Source: a virus | Taxonomy: Duplodnaviria > Caudoviricetes | Length of the DNA: 64,000 nucleotides | Strand: one strand, 5' to 3' | IMG/VR virus record: IMGVR_UViG_3300021426_000004 | Span: 64,001 to 128,000 of that record | Part shown: positions 20,040-29,714 of the stretch, piece after piece | Position numbering within the stretch: the stretch's first letter is position 1 | Layout of the letters: each line of letters begins with the position of its first letter | The notes under the pieces: model-generated | Databases searched by the model: none | What the model was told of the DNA's origin: nothing | The model's input: the letters and a program-made list of their open reading frames with translations, nothing else | Made by a program: the position numbers and the translations under genes

Positions 20040-21356
20040 TTACATAGACAGTAAAGAATAGGTGGGTACTTTTTCATCCTTCTCAAGCAGAGAATATTTA
20101 TTCTCGGTCTTAAGCGTATCCATAAAAGGATTAATTTCAGCTGTAACTGTTTTCTTTTCTTTCAGTTCAGCAATTTCAGACTTCAGATCATTGATTACTT
20201 CAACAAGCTCTGCAATCATTTGTTCTGCAGTCTTTTTCTGGTCTTCGACATGAACGACGTCTGGTGTTTCAGCGGGTTCATCCGCAGGACCGGGTTCTTC
20301 AGAAGGGGTATCCGATGGTGTATCATCGTTAGTATCACCATCGTTTTGAGTTGGAGCGCCGTCGTCTTCAGCCTTTACTGTTTCGACAACTTGCTCCTCA
20401 GCAGCTTCATTTTCCGCAACATGCACGCCATCATCAGTAACCACAAGTTCACCATCAACAGGTTCGGTAGTGGTTGTCTGAATTTCGACTTCCTGATGCA
20501 CTGCACGATCTGTTTCAGAATCATAAGCATGAGTTTCATGCGTTACTGTTTCTGTGGTCGTAACGTATACAGTTGCGATCTCTTCTTCTGCATTTTCCTT
20601 CTTCTTGTTATTGCAGGCAGCATCTTCCTGGGAAGCATTTTCTTCTTCGGAAGCAGTTTCTTCCTGTTTGGCGGTTTCCTCTTCGGAAACTGCCTTTTTT
20701 TCTTCAGCCAGTTCAGACTGAGTGGCTTCGGTTTCAACAACTTCAGCCTTGTTTTCTACTTCTGCCATTTCCTCATCATCCTTTCTGGTTTCATCTGCTT
20801 TTTGCTGTGCAACTAATTCAAGCGCAACAGCATCTTCACAGGCTGGATAGGTCACAATGGCAGTGCCCTCCAAGTAATTGTTTTCAGACACATCAATCAG
20901 GATAGTGTTATCATCAAGTTCCTCGTATTCGCCAACGGTAACTTCAAAAGAAAACTTTAAAGCATTTTCTGAGAATAACTCAAGAATAGCCTTGCTAAGC
21001 TTCTTGTTACGTTTTGGAATCCGCGCATATCCAATTAAGGCGCAACCGTCTTTATTAGATTGCTTTTCAAACTTGTAAAACGATCCGATTTGTGTCGAAT
21101 GAAATTCGCCTGTTTTAATGTCATACAGATGACCAAGGCGATTGTAATTTCCGCTGATCAAAGCCTTTTTATCGGCGTACAGCGGCAAGCCCACATACCT
21201 TGCTTCGTTATTGACAATTTCATCAATAAAAGCTTCGGTTACTCTCGCTCCATTAAGATTAGCCTCAGGAGCTTCGCAGATGCGAGCTTTCACAGTCATA
21301 AACACATCTGACTGTTCAATTGCGGAGATGGTAGAAGCAAATACTAATTTGCTCAT
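20040..21356 (-). CDS. Prohead protease / scaffold protein
   Basis: N-terminal domain with FSFEV and GTAIVTYPA motifs like HK97-type head proteases, a long acidic linker and a C-terminal coiled coil. Confidence 0.7.
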   Translation of the reverse strand: MSKLVFASTISAIEQSDVFMTVKARICEAPEANLNGARVTEAFIDEIVNNEARYVGLPLYADKKALISGNYNRLGHLYDIKTGEFHSTQIGSFYKFEKQSNKDGCALIGYARIPKRNKKLSKAILELFSENALKFSFEVTVGEYEELDDNTILIDVSENNYLEGTAIVTYPACEDAVALELVAQQKADETRKDDEEMAEVENKAEVVETEATQSELAEEKKAVSEEETAKQEETASEEENASQEDAACNNKKKENAEEEIATVYVTTTETVTHETHAYDSETDRAVHQEVEIQTTTTEPVDGELVVTDDGVHVAENEAAEEQVVETVKAEDDGAPTQNDGDTNDDTPSDTPSEEPGPADEPAETPDVVHVEDQKKTAEQMIAELVEVINDLKSEIAELKEKKTVTAEINPFMDTLKTENKYSLLEKDEKVPTYSLLSM

Positions 21357-21446
21357 TTTGACTCTCCTTTTGCTTTGCGTTCAGTGGTGGGAGACAAAGA
21401 GCGCAAGGCTAATCTATGATTAACACCTTTCGGTGAGAACCATCCG

Positions 21447-21518
<72 letters not shown>

Positions 21519-21720
21519 AAACTCTGGGACTTACACCTTACGGATGCCCAGACACTGTCAAGGTGCGCATTATAATTCGTCATAACAAATAACAAACGAG
21601 ATATAAGAGGCGCTGACAGCACTACTAATATTCTCGGCTTTTCGGTGCCGTTACCACTCCAACGTTGCATTAAGGCGCAACAACCTTTTCACAGTCCCAG
21701 TTTATTTACCGTCGCCTGGA

Positions 21721-23286
21721 CTACGACTCGTCATCCATTGATCCTTCTGGATTACTTGGCTTTGGTTCACGACCTCTTACAGCACTTTCAGGATCGGATG
21801 TGCGCTCGTCATTGTCCAATTCAGGACGTCCGACGTTTTCATTGTTATTTTGTGTATTGTAAAGCTCCCTTGGAAGCATTGTTTCATCAGTGCCATCTGT
21901 CTTTTCCTTTTGTCTCTTATCTCTTTCAACTTCAAGAGAATATCCTTGAGACTTAGACATGGTATCTGTAGAAATAACGCCTTTCTGCCATAACTCAAGA
22001 GCCTTTTCACGTAAAGCTTTCTTGCCTTCCATGGACAACGGCTGGAAATGAAATTCAGGAATATCTTTAAGGTTATATGTCCCTGGAATTTCTTCAGCAA
22101 GTCTTTTGTTGATTTTAGTCATCATGTCACAGAATTCATCACGTACAGCATTAATACGGGCTTCAGCGGTTTGTGTTGAAACCTGAGCAGAAGCAAAAGT
22201 AGAACCGTCATCAGATACACCTGTAACTAAAACAGCGCTTATTCCGCCAGCTGCAAGAATATCGTTGTTAACACCTTTATATTTATCCCATTGGAAAAGA
22301 TCGTTTAAGTCAAACTGAACAGGATTAGCAGTAGCAAGGTGATTTGTTACAGCAAGCGGTGTTCCGCTCATAGCTGAAATGAAGATTCTTCTGATTTTAC
22401 TCAACTGTTGTTCGTCAGGTAGTATGTCATTTGTTTTAGAACTTTCTCCATATTTCACATGAACAAAGCTTCGTTTGCCAATATTCAGCATCGCGTCTTC
22501 ATAACTGGAAATTAGTTCTTTCTTTGATAATGCTCTTAAGCAAGCAACAAGAAAAGGAATGGAATATCTTTGCCAACTTTCCTTTGTGCATTGCAAAACA
22601 AAAGTATTCTCAGGATTCAACTGAGCATACTGTCTGTTTTCTTTTACTGCTTTTTGAATTTCTTCTGGATAACCTTTAAGAATATAATCAATATTACTAT
22701 CCTTTACATATTTGTCCTCAACACTATATGTCTTGGCACGTATTTCGTTAATAATACTTTGACAGTCGTAATCAACAATTGGTGTACCATTGAAAGTAGT
22801 ATTACCAATTCTCCATTTGTGAATCGGAAGTGTGATCAAATCGCCATTATACAAATAGCAACAGACATTATAGTATTTCCATACTTCAAGCATGATAGCA
22901 TCTATTTTTTCTCTGAGCCGCATTCGCTTATATTGTTCTTCAAAAAGCGCATACGTCTTTTTCTTTGATCCTGTAAGATACCAGTCGGAACAAGTGGAAA
23001 ATGGAACATATACATGTTTTATAATTCCATGAACAATAGGATCTGCGTCAGTATAATAGTCAACCAGCTGATAAATACTCTGGATGTTATCCTGTTTATT
23101 ACGAAGGATGCCGACATAATCAAAATCAGCAAGCTCACCAGTAAATGTAAAGTTTGAGTTATTGAAACTTTGAATAGTAGTTTGATCTTTTTCCCGGTCT
23201 ACTCCAACAATAACTTCACGTTTCTTTTGAGGCTGTGTCTCTGCAACAGTCTCAGTACGGCCCAGAAGCCGATTAAATAAGCCCAT
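21721..23286 (-). CDS. Portal protein
   Basis: 521 aa, directly downstream of the terminase, with the C-terminal GRP motif common in portals. Confidence 0.8.
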   Translation of the reverse strand: MGLFNRLLGRTETVAETQPQKKREVIVGVDREKDQTTIQSFNNSNFTFTGELADFDYVGILRNKQDNIQSIYQLVDYYTDADPIVHGIIKHVYVPFSTCSDWYLTGSKKKTYALFEEQYKRMRLREKIDAIMLEVWKYYNVCCYLYNGDLITLPIHKWRIGNTTFNGTPIVDYDCQSIINEIRAKTYSVEDKYVKDSNIDYILKGYPEEIQKAVKENRQYAQLNPENTFVLQCTKESWQRYSIPFLVACLRALSKKELISSYEDAMLNIGKRSFVHVKYGESSKTNDILPDEQQLSKIRRIFISAMSGTPLAVTNHLATANPVQFDLNDLFQWDKYKGVNNDILAAGGISAVLVTGVSDDGSTFASAQVSTQTAEARINAVRDEFCDMMTKINKRLAEEIPGTYNLKDIPEFHFQPLSMEGKKALREKALELWQKGVISTDTMSKSQGYSLEVERDKRQKEKTDGTDETMLPRELYNTQNNNENVGRPELDNDERTSDPESAVRGREPKPSNPEGSMDDES

Positions 23287-23304
23287 TGGACTCAGCCCCT
23301 TTCT

Positions 23305-25029
23305 TTAAAATCTACCAAACGTTTTAGCAATACGTTTAGAATAAGCATCACCAAAGCCACCAGTTATGCCAACGCACACTGGTCCCCTTTGATGTTGCTT
23401 GACATTCATTTTTTCGAGTTCTGATATGTAGTCATTGCCCATAGCCAATGCTGAATATCTATCCTTATGTTGTGTTGCTTTAGGAACATCATATGTTTTA
23501 TTACCTGAAGAGCTTGTCTTTTCTACGATATTGCCCATTTCCATTTGCATAGCGTCTGCTTCAAGGAATATAGCCATTTCTTCTTTTGACATTCTTTTGG
23601 ATTCTTCAGGAATATCCAATTGTTTAGCACGCATAGTTCTTTCCTGAATGGGTAATTCAATTGTTCCTTTTTCAAAGCACACACGAAGATTTGTGTAAAT
23701 TCTCTGGTTCAGATTATTTACAGCCCGGAACGGATGCAACGTTTGTTCAGCAACAGGATTGGACAAAGGTTGATCATCCACAACAAGTGGAGGATATTCA
23801 CGACCGGACGACACATCAACCCATTCTTTATCGAAGAATCTGTCAAAGCTGTCTCCGACACCGCGAGCATCGTAAATAATTTTTTCGGTGTTTGGAAATC
23901 TGATATGATAATATTCCCTTATTATTTCTGCCAGATAATCCAAAGGCTCACCATTGAAAGTTCGTATATTCACAACTTTACGAGCAAAAGATCCATCTGA
24001 CTTTTCTGTAAATTTAATTACAACAAGGCATGTGTTATCAGAACCTTTAGCTCTTGAAGTTGCTATATCGATACAAATGATATATCTTGATTTTGAATTT
24101 TTCGGCTGTTCCATTTCTATATTTTCGAGTGTTCTGCATTTTGATGTAAGATCAAAAGGCAAAGCAGAATTGGAATTGGAACCTACGAACTTAGAACCAT
24201 ACTCTACTTGAAAGGTAAGGTCTGGCATCTTCTCTTTTTCTTTTAAGAAGAAGTCCATGTCCGTAATGCCATTCGCAGCTGCAGCACGATAATCCAAAGC
24301 ACAGGCAAAAGAACCAGGTTCACCCTTTGCCATATCTTTTAGCACTCTTATGAAGTCATCATAAAAAGTGTTTGCTTTAGGGCATGCAGATGTTGTGCAT
24401 ATAGTCTTGGAAGCATAGTCTTTAAAATTATAGTTAAAAGATATATCCCGTTTATAGTTTTTAACAGGGCCGATGACAGAATCCTGTTCTTCCTGAGGAA
24501 TTAAAGCTGTTTCATCCAATACAAGAATCTTCGCTCTGTTACCACGCATACTGTCAATGGAAAATGATTCGATATACGAACCATTCTTAAATGAACACTT
24601 GCCCTTATCTTTCGAGATCTGAACAAGGCTTCTGGCGTTCGAAGCTGAAATTTCATTTGCAAGATTAGGATTCTGATCAGAAATCAACTTTAATTTCTGA
24701 AGAACAATAGTAGCCTGTGCTGCTGTGCCTGATACAACAGCACATACCGTGCCTGGATAAAGAACGCAAGTTGCAGCACAACACAAAGCAACAAGCCATG
24801 TTTTACCGGAGCCTCTGGATTGAACGATTTTAACATCGCTCCCTCTTCCAAAGGCTCTTGCGATCACATGCTGATCTCTTGTTAGCTTGATAGGTGCAAA
24901 CATTTGTTCGATTGCAATATCAAGATGGTCTCTCCAGAAAAGTATCTGCTTTTCGGCCGCGCTGAAATTAGTGATAACTCCCGCTCTGGCTATCATATAA
25001 ATACACTCCTTACATAGAATCCAGGCCAA
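23305..25029 (-). CDS. terL: Terminase large subunit (probable start at MIARAG, 24994)
   Basis: Walker A SRGSGKT, Walker B ILVLDE, nuclease motifs CIDIA, YDARG and HKDRYSA. Confidence 0.92.
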   Translation of the reverse strand: MAWILCKECIYMIARAGVITNFSAAEKQILFWRDHLDIAIEQMFAPIKLTRDQHVIARAFGRGSDVKIVQSRGSGKTWLVALCCAATCVLYPGTVCAVVSGTAAQATIVLQKLKLISDQNPNLANEISASNARSLVQISKDKGKCSFKNGSYIESFSIDSMRGNRAKILVLDETALIPQEEQDSVIGPVKNYKRDISFNYNFKDYASKTICTTSACPKANTFYDDFIRVLKDMAKGEPGSFACALDYRAAAANGITDMDFFLKEKEKMPDLTFQVEYGSKFVGSNSNSALPFDLTSKCRTLENIEMEQPKNSKSRYIICIDIATSRAKGSDNTCLVVIKFTEKSDGSFARKVVNIRTFNGEPLDYLAEIIREYYHIRFPNTEKIIYDARGVGDSFDRFFDKEWVDVSSGREYPPLVVDDQPLSNPVAEQTLHPFRAVNNLNQRIYTNLRVCFEKGTIELPIQERTMRAKQLDIPEESKRMSKEEMAIFLEADAMQMEMGNIVEKTSSSGNKTYDVPKATQHKDRYSALAMGNDYISELEKMNVKQHQRGPVCVGITGGFGDAYSKRIAKTFGRF

Positions 25030-25924
25030 GAGCCTCTACTATGTAAGAGAATTCCTGGATAGTTTTGTCTACATCGTCCTTATCCCAATAGACAAGTTTG
25101 TCTGCTAAAAAACCATGAGTTTCAAGATGCAAAGTAAGTTCAGACCACGAACTCATTCCTTCCTTATCTCCGGGTTTACGTTTACATGCAGCAAAGTTAC
25201 CTGTTTTCATAAGAAGGTCCAATTGAGCAATTGCATCTTTAACATCCTGTAAAGAGCATCGTCCAAGCATATAATCGTTCTGAACTTTATCCGCAAGCAA
25301 AGAAGCCTTTGCAACTTTTTTAGCCGTATCCCTAAGAGCAGTGTCAGAAAGGTTGAAATCATTCTCCAGACCACTGTAGTAATTTTCCAGATATTCAAGT
25401 TCAGACTCTTTGAATTCGCCGTTGAAAAATTCATTGTAGACTTTCAGATTTTTATCAACCTTTGTTTTCTTAGGATCAAACTCAACGATCTTACCGTTTT
25501 CTTTGGCTTCGTCATAGTCATTTGTGTTTGTGTCCGTAGAGTGATCCTCATACTTATAGTTCTGAGTTTTCTGCATTAATGCAGGCATAATAGGACACGC
25601 AATTGACTCTAATAGTACCTGTCTTCTTTCGGCGTTGGATTTTTGATATACAGAAGATTTAGCTGCTTGTATTTCTGCTTGTTTAATGGCGTTGTTCCAA
25701 ACGTTCTCGCGCCATTCTCTGTTGTTCTCCCAAAAGTATCTCCGCATCTCATCTTTGGTTCTGATCTTTGCAAGACACTGTTTACACCATTTATCCTTTT
25801 TCCCATTCTCAATCCAATCTCTATTGGAGTAAAACTGAGATAGAGGTTTTGTCTGGTTACAGTGAAAACAAAGCCGTGTCTGAGCAGGAGTCTTGCCTTT
25901 GGGTTTCGACAGTATGTATGCCAT
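25010..25924 (-). CDS. Zinc-finger protein, candidate terminase small subunit
   Basis: CFHC...CKQC N-terminal zinc finger; immediately upstream of terL. Confidence 0.45.
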   Translation of the reverse strand: MAYILSKPKGKTPAQTRLCFHCNQTKPLSQFYSNRDWIENGKKDKWCKQCLAKIRTKDEMRRYFWENNREWRENVWNNAIKQAEIQAAKSSVYQKSNAERRQVLLESIACPIMPALMQKTQNYKYEDHSTDTNTNDYDEAKENGKIVEFDPKKTKVDKNLKVYNEFFNGEFKESELEYLENYYSGLENDFNLSDTALRDTAKKVAKASLLADKVQNDYMLGRCSLQDVKDAIAQLDLLMKTGNFAACKRKPGDKEGMSSWSELTLHLETHGFLADKLVYWDKDDVDKTIQEFSYIVEALGLDSM

Positions 25925-26265
25925 TACTCAGTGTCGTCCTGAATAACTGCAACTAAATCTTCTCCGGTAATAGTTTTCTTTTCAGCATCAGATAATTCAG
26001 ATTCCTTTACGGAAATATAACCCTGTTCAAGAGGCATCTTATCGATTTTCTTATGAATCTGTTCAGTGCGAACTTGATTGTAATATTCAGCCAATGCTAA
26101 AAAGAGTTCAGGCGTCTTAGTATATTTGTATGTGATAATCGGATATTTATAATGCTTCTTAGCATAAGTATAGTTAATCCCTTTATCTTCGAGGAATTTA
26201 ACTTCCCGTTTCCACTGAGTGGAATACTCTTTATCAAAAATATACTTTGGGATCTGATAGTCCAT
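25924..26265 (-). CDS. Hypothetical protein, first gene of the late operon
   Basis: 113 aa with AGGAG RBS. Confidence 0.65.
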   Translation of the reverse strand: MDYQIPKYIFDKEYSTQWKREVKFLEDKGINYTYAKKHYKYPIITYKYTKTPELFLALAEYYNQVRTEQIHKKIDKMPLEQGYISVKESELSDAEKKTITGEDLVAVIQDDTE

Positions 26266-26303
26266 AAAATAATCACTCCTAAAAAATCATAATAGGGAGT
26301 CTT

Positions 26304-26330
26304 TCTCCCTTACGGTCTTTTTCGAAAGAC
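26304..26330 (-). promoter_or_regulatory. Repeated motif, class III, at the head of the morphogenesis operon
   Basis: Minus strand GTCTTTCGAAAAAGACCGTAAGGGAGA matches the other four copies. Confidence 0.6.
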
Positions 26331-26528
26331 ACGTTAAAAAGTGATAATAAATGCTGTTTATTTTTTTATAGTGTTTTGAAATGTTTACAAAATATTTTAT
26401 TAATGTCGAAGAAGATTTGATTTTAAGCATGCTTTTTTATTTCAGCGTAAAAAAAGGGGACAAGATTTATTTTTAATATACATGTCCCCTTTAAATGTTC
26501 TATTCAGAAAATTGATTTAAGGAATGGG

Positions 26529-26600
26529 TTGGAAGAATCATTTGGAAGAATGATTTGGAAAAATAAGTTGGAAGATGATTTAAAGGACGACTTGGAAGAG
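26529..26600. repeat. About six tandem 12-13 nt repeats (TTGGAAGAATGAT-like)
   Basis: ttggaagaatcat / ttggaagaatgat / ttggaaaaataag / ttggaagatgat / ttaaaggacgac / ttggaagag. Confidence 0.75.
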
Positions 26601-26728
26601 AACATATCTACATCCTTTTTCTTTTATTGGAATTTTCCAGCGTAAATTCCCACCCTCCCACTTGGGATGGTGAACTGCCGGGCGCTTACGAGCAAACCCG
26701 AGCAAAAAGAAAAATGGAGGAAACAAAA

Positions 26729-26917
26729 ATGAAACATTCTGATTTCGTCATCATCATAATGAAGAACTCCCATTCTGCCTATGTGCAGATGGAAAGTCGG
26801 GAGTTTGAATGCTCCCGCAATGCCGCAGAGTCCTTAATGGTTTATGCTAGAACCAATTATGCCCTAACCGGTGTAATCAGAAATGAAATTGGAGATGTTA
26901 AATACATCTTCAACTAA
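26729..26917 (+). CDS. Early hypothetical protein
   Basis: GGAGG RBS before MKHSDF; followed by a terminator. Confidence 0.6.
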   Translation: MKHSDFVIIIMKNSHSAYVQMESREFECSRNAAESLMVYARTNYALTGVIRNEIGDVKYIFN

Positions 26918-26990
26918 TTCCAAGAAAGAGGTCGTCGTAAGACGACCTCTTTTCTCTATGAACAAAAAACATAAATAGGAGGATTGAACA

Positions 26991-27332
26991 ATGTATAACA
27001 GAGAAACTGAAAAAATGTTGGAAAAAGAAGGTGTAAACACATTTGCATACGTAAGTGCATTCAAGCCCTACGTTGAATCACTAAAAATGCGGAGAGAAGC
27101 ACTCCGCAGCGGTGATGAGAGTATGTTCCGCTACGTGTTTTCTATTCCCTTTGACAGGGAAAAGCACGAAGCGCATAACATGGCGGTAAAAACAGTAACC
27201 GAACTCAACGCCAAGTGCGTTGAGCTGGGATACCAGCCAATCTTTTCTGGTGATTTACACAACCGTCAGGAGATTGGCAAATTTGCATGTGAATTTAGCG
27301 GGGAAGGCGAACTCGCTAAATTCGCAGATTAA
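26991..27332 (+). CDS. Early hypothetical protein
   Basis: 113 aa, AGGAGG RBS, terminator at 27333-27360. Confidence 0.7.
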   Translation: MYNRETEKMLEKEGVNTFAYVSAFKPYVESLKMRREALRSGDESMFRYVFSIPFDREKHEAHNMAVKTVTELNAKCVELGYQPIFSGDLHNRQEIGKFACEFSGEGELAKFAD

Positions 27333-27453
27333 GAGAGGCTCGAAAGAGCCTCTTTTTTTTTATTTTTAATGGAGTCTAACAATAGATCCACCGGGCAACA
27401 GCGGTACTGAAGCTCCAGAAGTAGTCGAACTGGAGTAGATAGAGGAGGAAACC

Positions 27454-27942
27454 ATGAAGAAGGTTTACGTCCGTTGGATTGGTGCATTCGCAGGTCGCGA
27501 ATACAGTCTGAAAGAGTCCATCTCCTTTGAAATGACTCGTAAAGACGAAGCAGCCTGCGAGCCGCTGATCAGAGCCAATCATCGTTTCTACACTGGTGTT
27601 GGTCAAATCAACCAAGTTGGTTTGATCATTCGGAACGAAGCGATCTTCAGAGAGTTTCGTTCCGACATTTGGTCCTACTACGGACAAGATACTAAGAAAA
27701 AGTATTCTGCCAGCAAGGACCAAAACCCAAAAGCTCTGTATGTTGGACGTTCTCAGAACGAATCCAACCATGCAGAAGCATGGGTAAAAATGTCGGATGC
27801 CGTAACCGGAATCGTGGTTTACGGCTCCATTTGCGAACTACGCAAAGATAAGCGTAACACGCTTCTGAACGCAGCTCGTAAATATAATCTTCCCATTTAC
27901 GATTTGAATCGTAAAGGAGAACTCGTCGAAAGGAGGTTTTAA
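27454..27942 (+). CDS. Early hypothetical protein
   Basis: 162 aa, GGAGG RBS. Confidence 0.7.
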   Translation: MKKVYVRWIGAFAGREYSLKESISFEMTRKDEAACEPLIRANHRFYTGVGQINQVGLIIRNEAIFREFRSDIWSYYGQDTKKKYSASKDQNPKALYVGRSQNESNHAEAWVKMSDAVTGIVVYGSICELRKDKRNTLLNAARKYNLPIYDLNRKGELVERRF

Positions 27943-28418
27943 GATGACGAGCAACAACAAAGATCCTCCGGCTTATCTTGGCGGGCTACACCAGAGGCGC
28001 TTAACAGTACAGGTCTGCTAGATCAATAAACAGATCTGATGAAGCTGTTAAGTTGGGTGCAAGTGCCAAACGGGCTCAGAGGAGCTCAGGCGAAACCCTG
28101 TGGCATTCTTCGGAATGGGACGTCTTTACAGGGGGTGCAGAAGCGGCTGTTACCTGACTAAAGGCTGTTAACCGCTACCGGCAACTCCGCCTGGAGAAGC
28201 CAATGGGCCAACATGGAAATGTGCTTATGACGTACATGGGGGTGTTGGTGTGCAAACCAGGACATTGAAAAAAGCACGGAAAGGAGACGTGATGTAAATT
28301 GCGTGTTTTTATAGAGCAGATATAATGTCTGCTCTTTTTTTTTATTTTACGGCAGTTCAAAGAGGCTGCACCGAGGTCCCAACTCGGTAACAGTTAACAC
28401 CACAAGCATCGGAAGGAG

Positions 28419-28877
28419 GTGTGTAGTGTGGTGTGGACAACGTTTACCTTTGCCATCGTGGCTGTTCTGTTTATAGCCGTGGTGGCATTGGTTGGATACT
28501 TGGCTTACCGCTATTGGGAAGTAGCGGCGAGCTTGGTATTCGTCATGGTTCTTCTTGCAGGATTTATCTTCCTGCCGGGAGCAATGGCAGATCCAATTGT
28601 TGAAGGCAACATCGATCTTAATGATCGTATTGTTGTCTTCAATGAAGATGGCTCCTTTTCAACGGAGATCAGCTTTTCTGTTGAGATCGACGGATTGGAG
28701 GTCCTCCTCCCGTTGATCATAAACGGCGAACTGGTTTCTGAAGAAGAAGCTGTCGAACACTTCCTCGAAACAGGAGAACACTTGGGGATGTTCTCCTCCA
28801 TAGAGGAAGCAGAACAGTACGCCGAAGAACTGCATCTTCAGCAAGAAGAAAGATACAAAGAAAAGGAGGAATTCTAA
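28419..28877 (+). CDS. Hypothetical protein with N-terminal hydrophobic helices
   Basis: Two hydrophobic segments followed by an acidic domain (...ETGEHLGMFSSIEEAEQYAEELH). Confidence 0.6.
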   Translation: MCSVVWTTFTFAIVAVLFIAVVALVGYLAYRYWEVAASLVFVMVLLAGFIFLPGAMADPIVEGNIDLNDRIVVFNEDGSFSTEISFSVEIDGLEVLLPLIINGELVSEEEAVEHFLETGEHLGMFSSIEEAEQYAEELHLQQEERYKEKEEF

Positions 28878-29245
28878 TGAACATTATGACCATCATTATC
28901 CTGCTGTCCCTTCTGGAGGAGCTGCCGGAGCTCCCGGAGTACATTCGCGCCAACCGCAAAGCCGCTCGGGATAACGTAATTGCCCGCAATAAGGCGATTG
29001 CCAAATCTCACAAGTGGGGTTTGTGGTATGACGAGGAACAGAGAGAAAACGGTTATCTGCATCTTGGGTGCAGCTGGAAACCCCAGCAGGTACACCATAA
29101 AAATCAGGAGGGTCGGTACGCCGAGCCTCATTTCGGTGGACATCGTCGGTTCCAGAAACAGAGTAGGGATTATTATCCCAGTTGGACAGACGAAAAATGT
29201 CGTCGCCGTGCAGACGATGCATTGAAAGATTATTTCAATTCCTAA
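28877..29245 (+). CDS. Early hypothetical protein
   Basis: AGGAGG RBS, translationally coupled to the upstream gene, terminator after. Confidence 0.6.
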   Translation: MNIMTIIILLSLLEELPELPEYIRANRKAARDNVIARNKAIAKSHKWGLWYDEEQRENGYLHLGCSWKPQQVHHKNQEGRYAEPHFGGHRRFQKQSRDYYPSWTDEKCRRRADDALKDYFNS

Positions 29246-29331
29246 CAATTAGCCTGAGCCTAACAAGCTCAGGCTTTTTTATTTTTAATGGCGGTTCAAA
29301 CCGTCAAATATAGCTCTAAAGAGCAGGAGGG

Positions 29332-29583
29332 ATGACCATGGCAAAAATCGTTCCGTTTAACCAGTTAAAACCTGATACAACTTATTGGGAGCAGAGTCGC
29401 TACTGGCATAAGCTTCTTGGGCCGTGCAAGGTGATTCAGTTCTATGAGGGAATTCCACTTCTCGTGAAAAACGAAACTGGCTCGCACTACATTGAACCAA
29501 ATTGGGACTGGTTCTGGGATAGCGAGCCTACTGAAGAAGAACAGGCCGAACACGTTCGGTCGTTCTTTGGATGGCCGTCCTAA
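29332..29583 (+). CDS. Early hypothetical protein
   Basis: 83 aa, AGGAGG RBS. Confidence 0.6.
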   Translation: MTMAKIVPFNQLKPDTTYWEQSRYWHKLLGPCKVIQFYEGIPLLVKNETGSHYIEPNWDWFWDSEPTEEEQAEHVRSFFGWPS

Positions 29584-29714
29584 ACAAAACGTTAAACTTC
29601 CCAAATGGCAAATTATACTTCTTCAAGAGAGAACGCAAGTAACATTGCGTTCTCTTTTTTTATCTTTTACGGCAACTCAGCCGCCAATAAAGTGTTGAGA
29701 GAAAGAGGTGTCCT

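Noticed and set aside
18585-20061. Long plus-strand ORFs opposite the capsid genes (and 33322-35229 on the minus strand opposite the RNAP gene)
   Set aside because: These are antisense open frames produced by strong codon bias; they have no RBS or recognisable motifs.
28030-28100. Hammerhead ribozyme suggested by CTGATGA and a later GAAA
   Set aside because: CTGATGA sits inside a long hairpin and the three-stem hammerhead geometry cannot be built.
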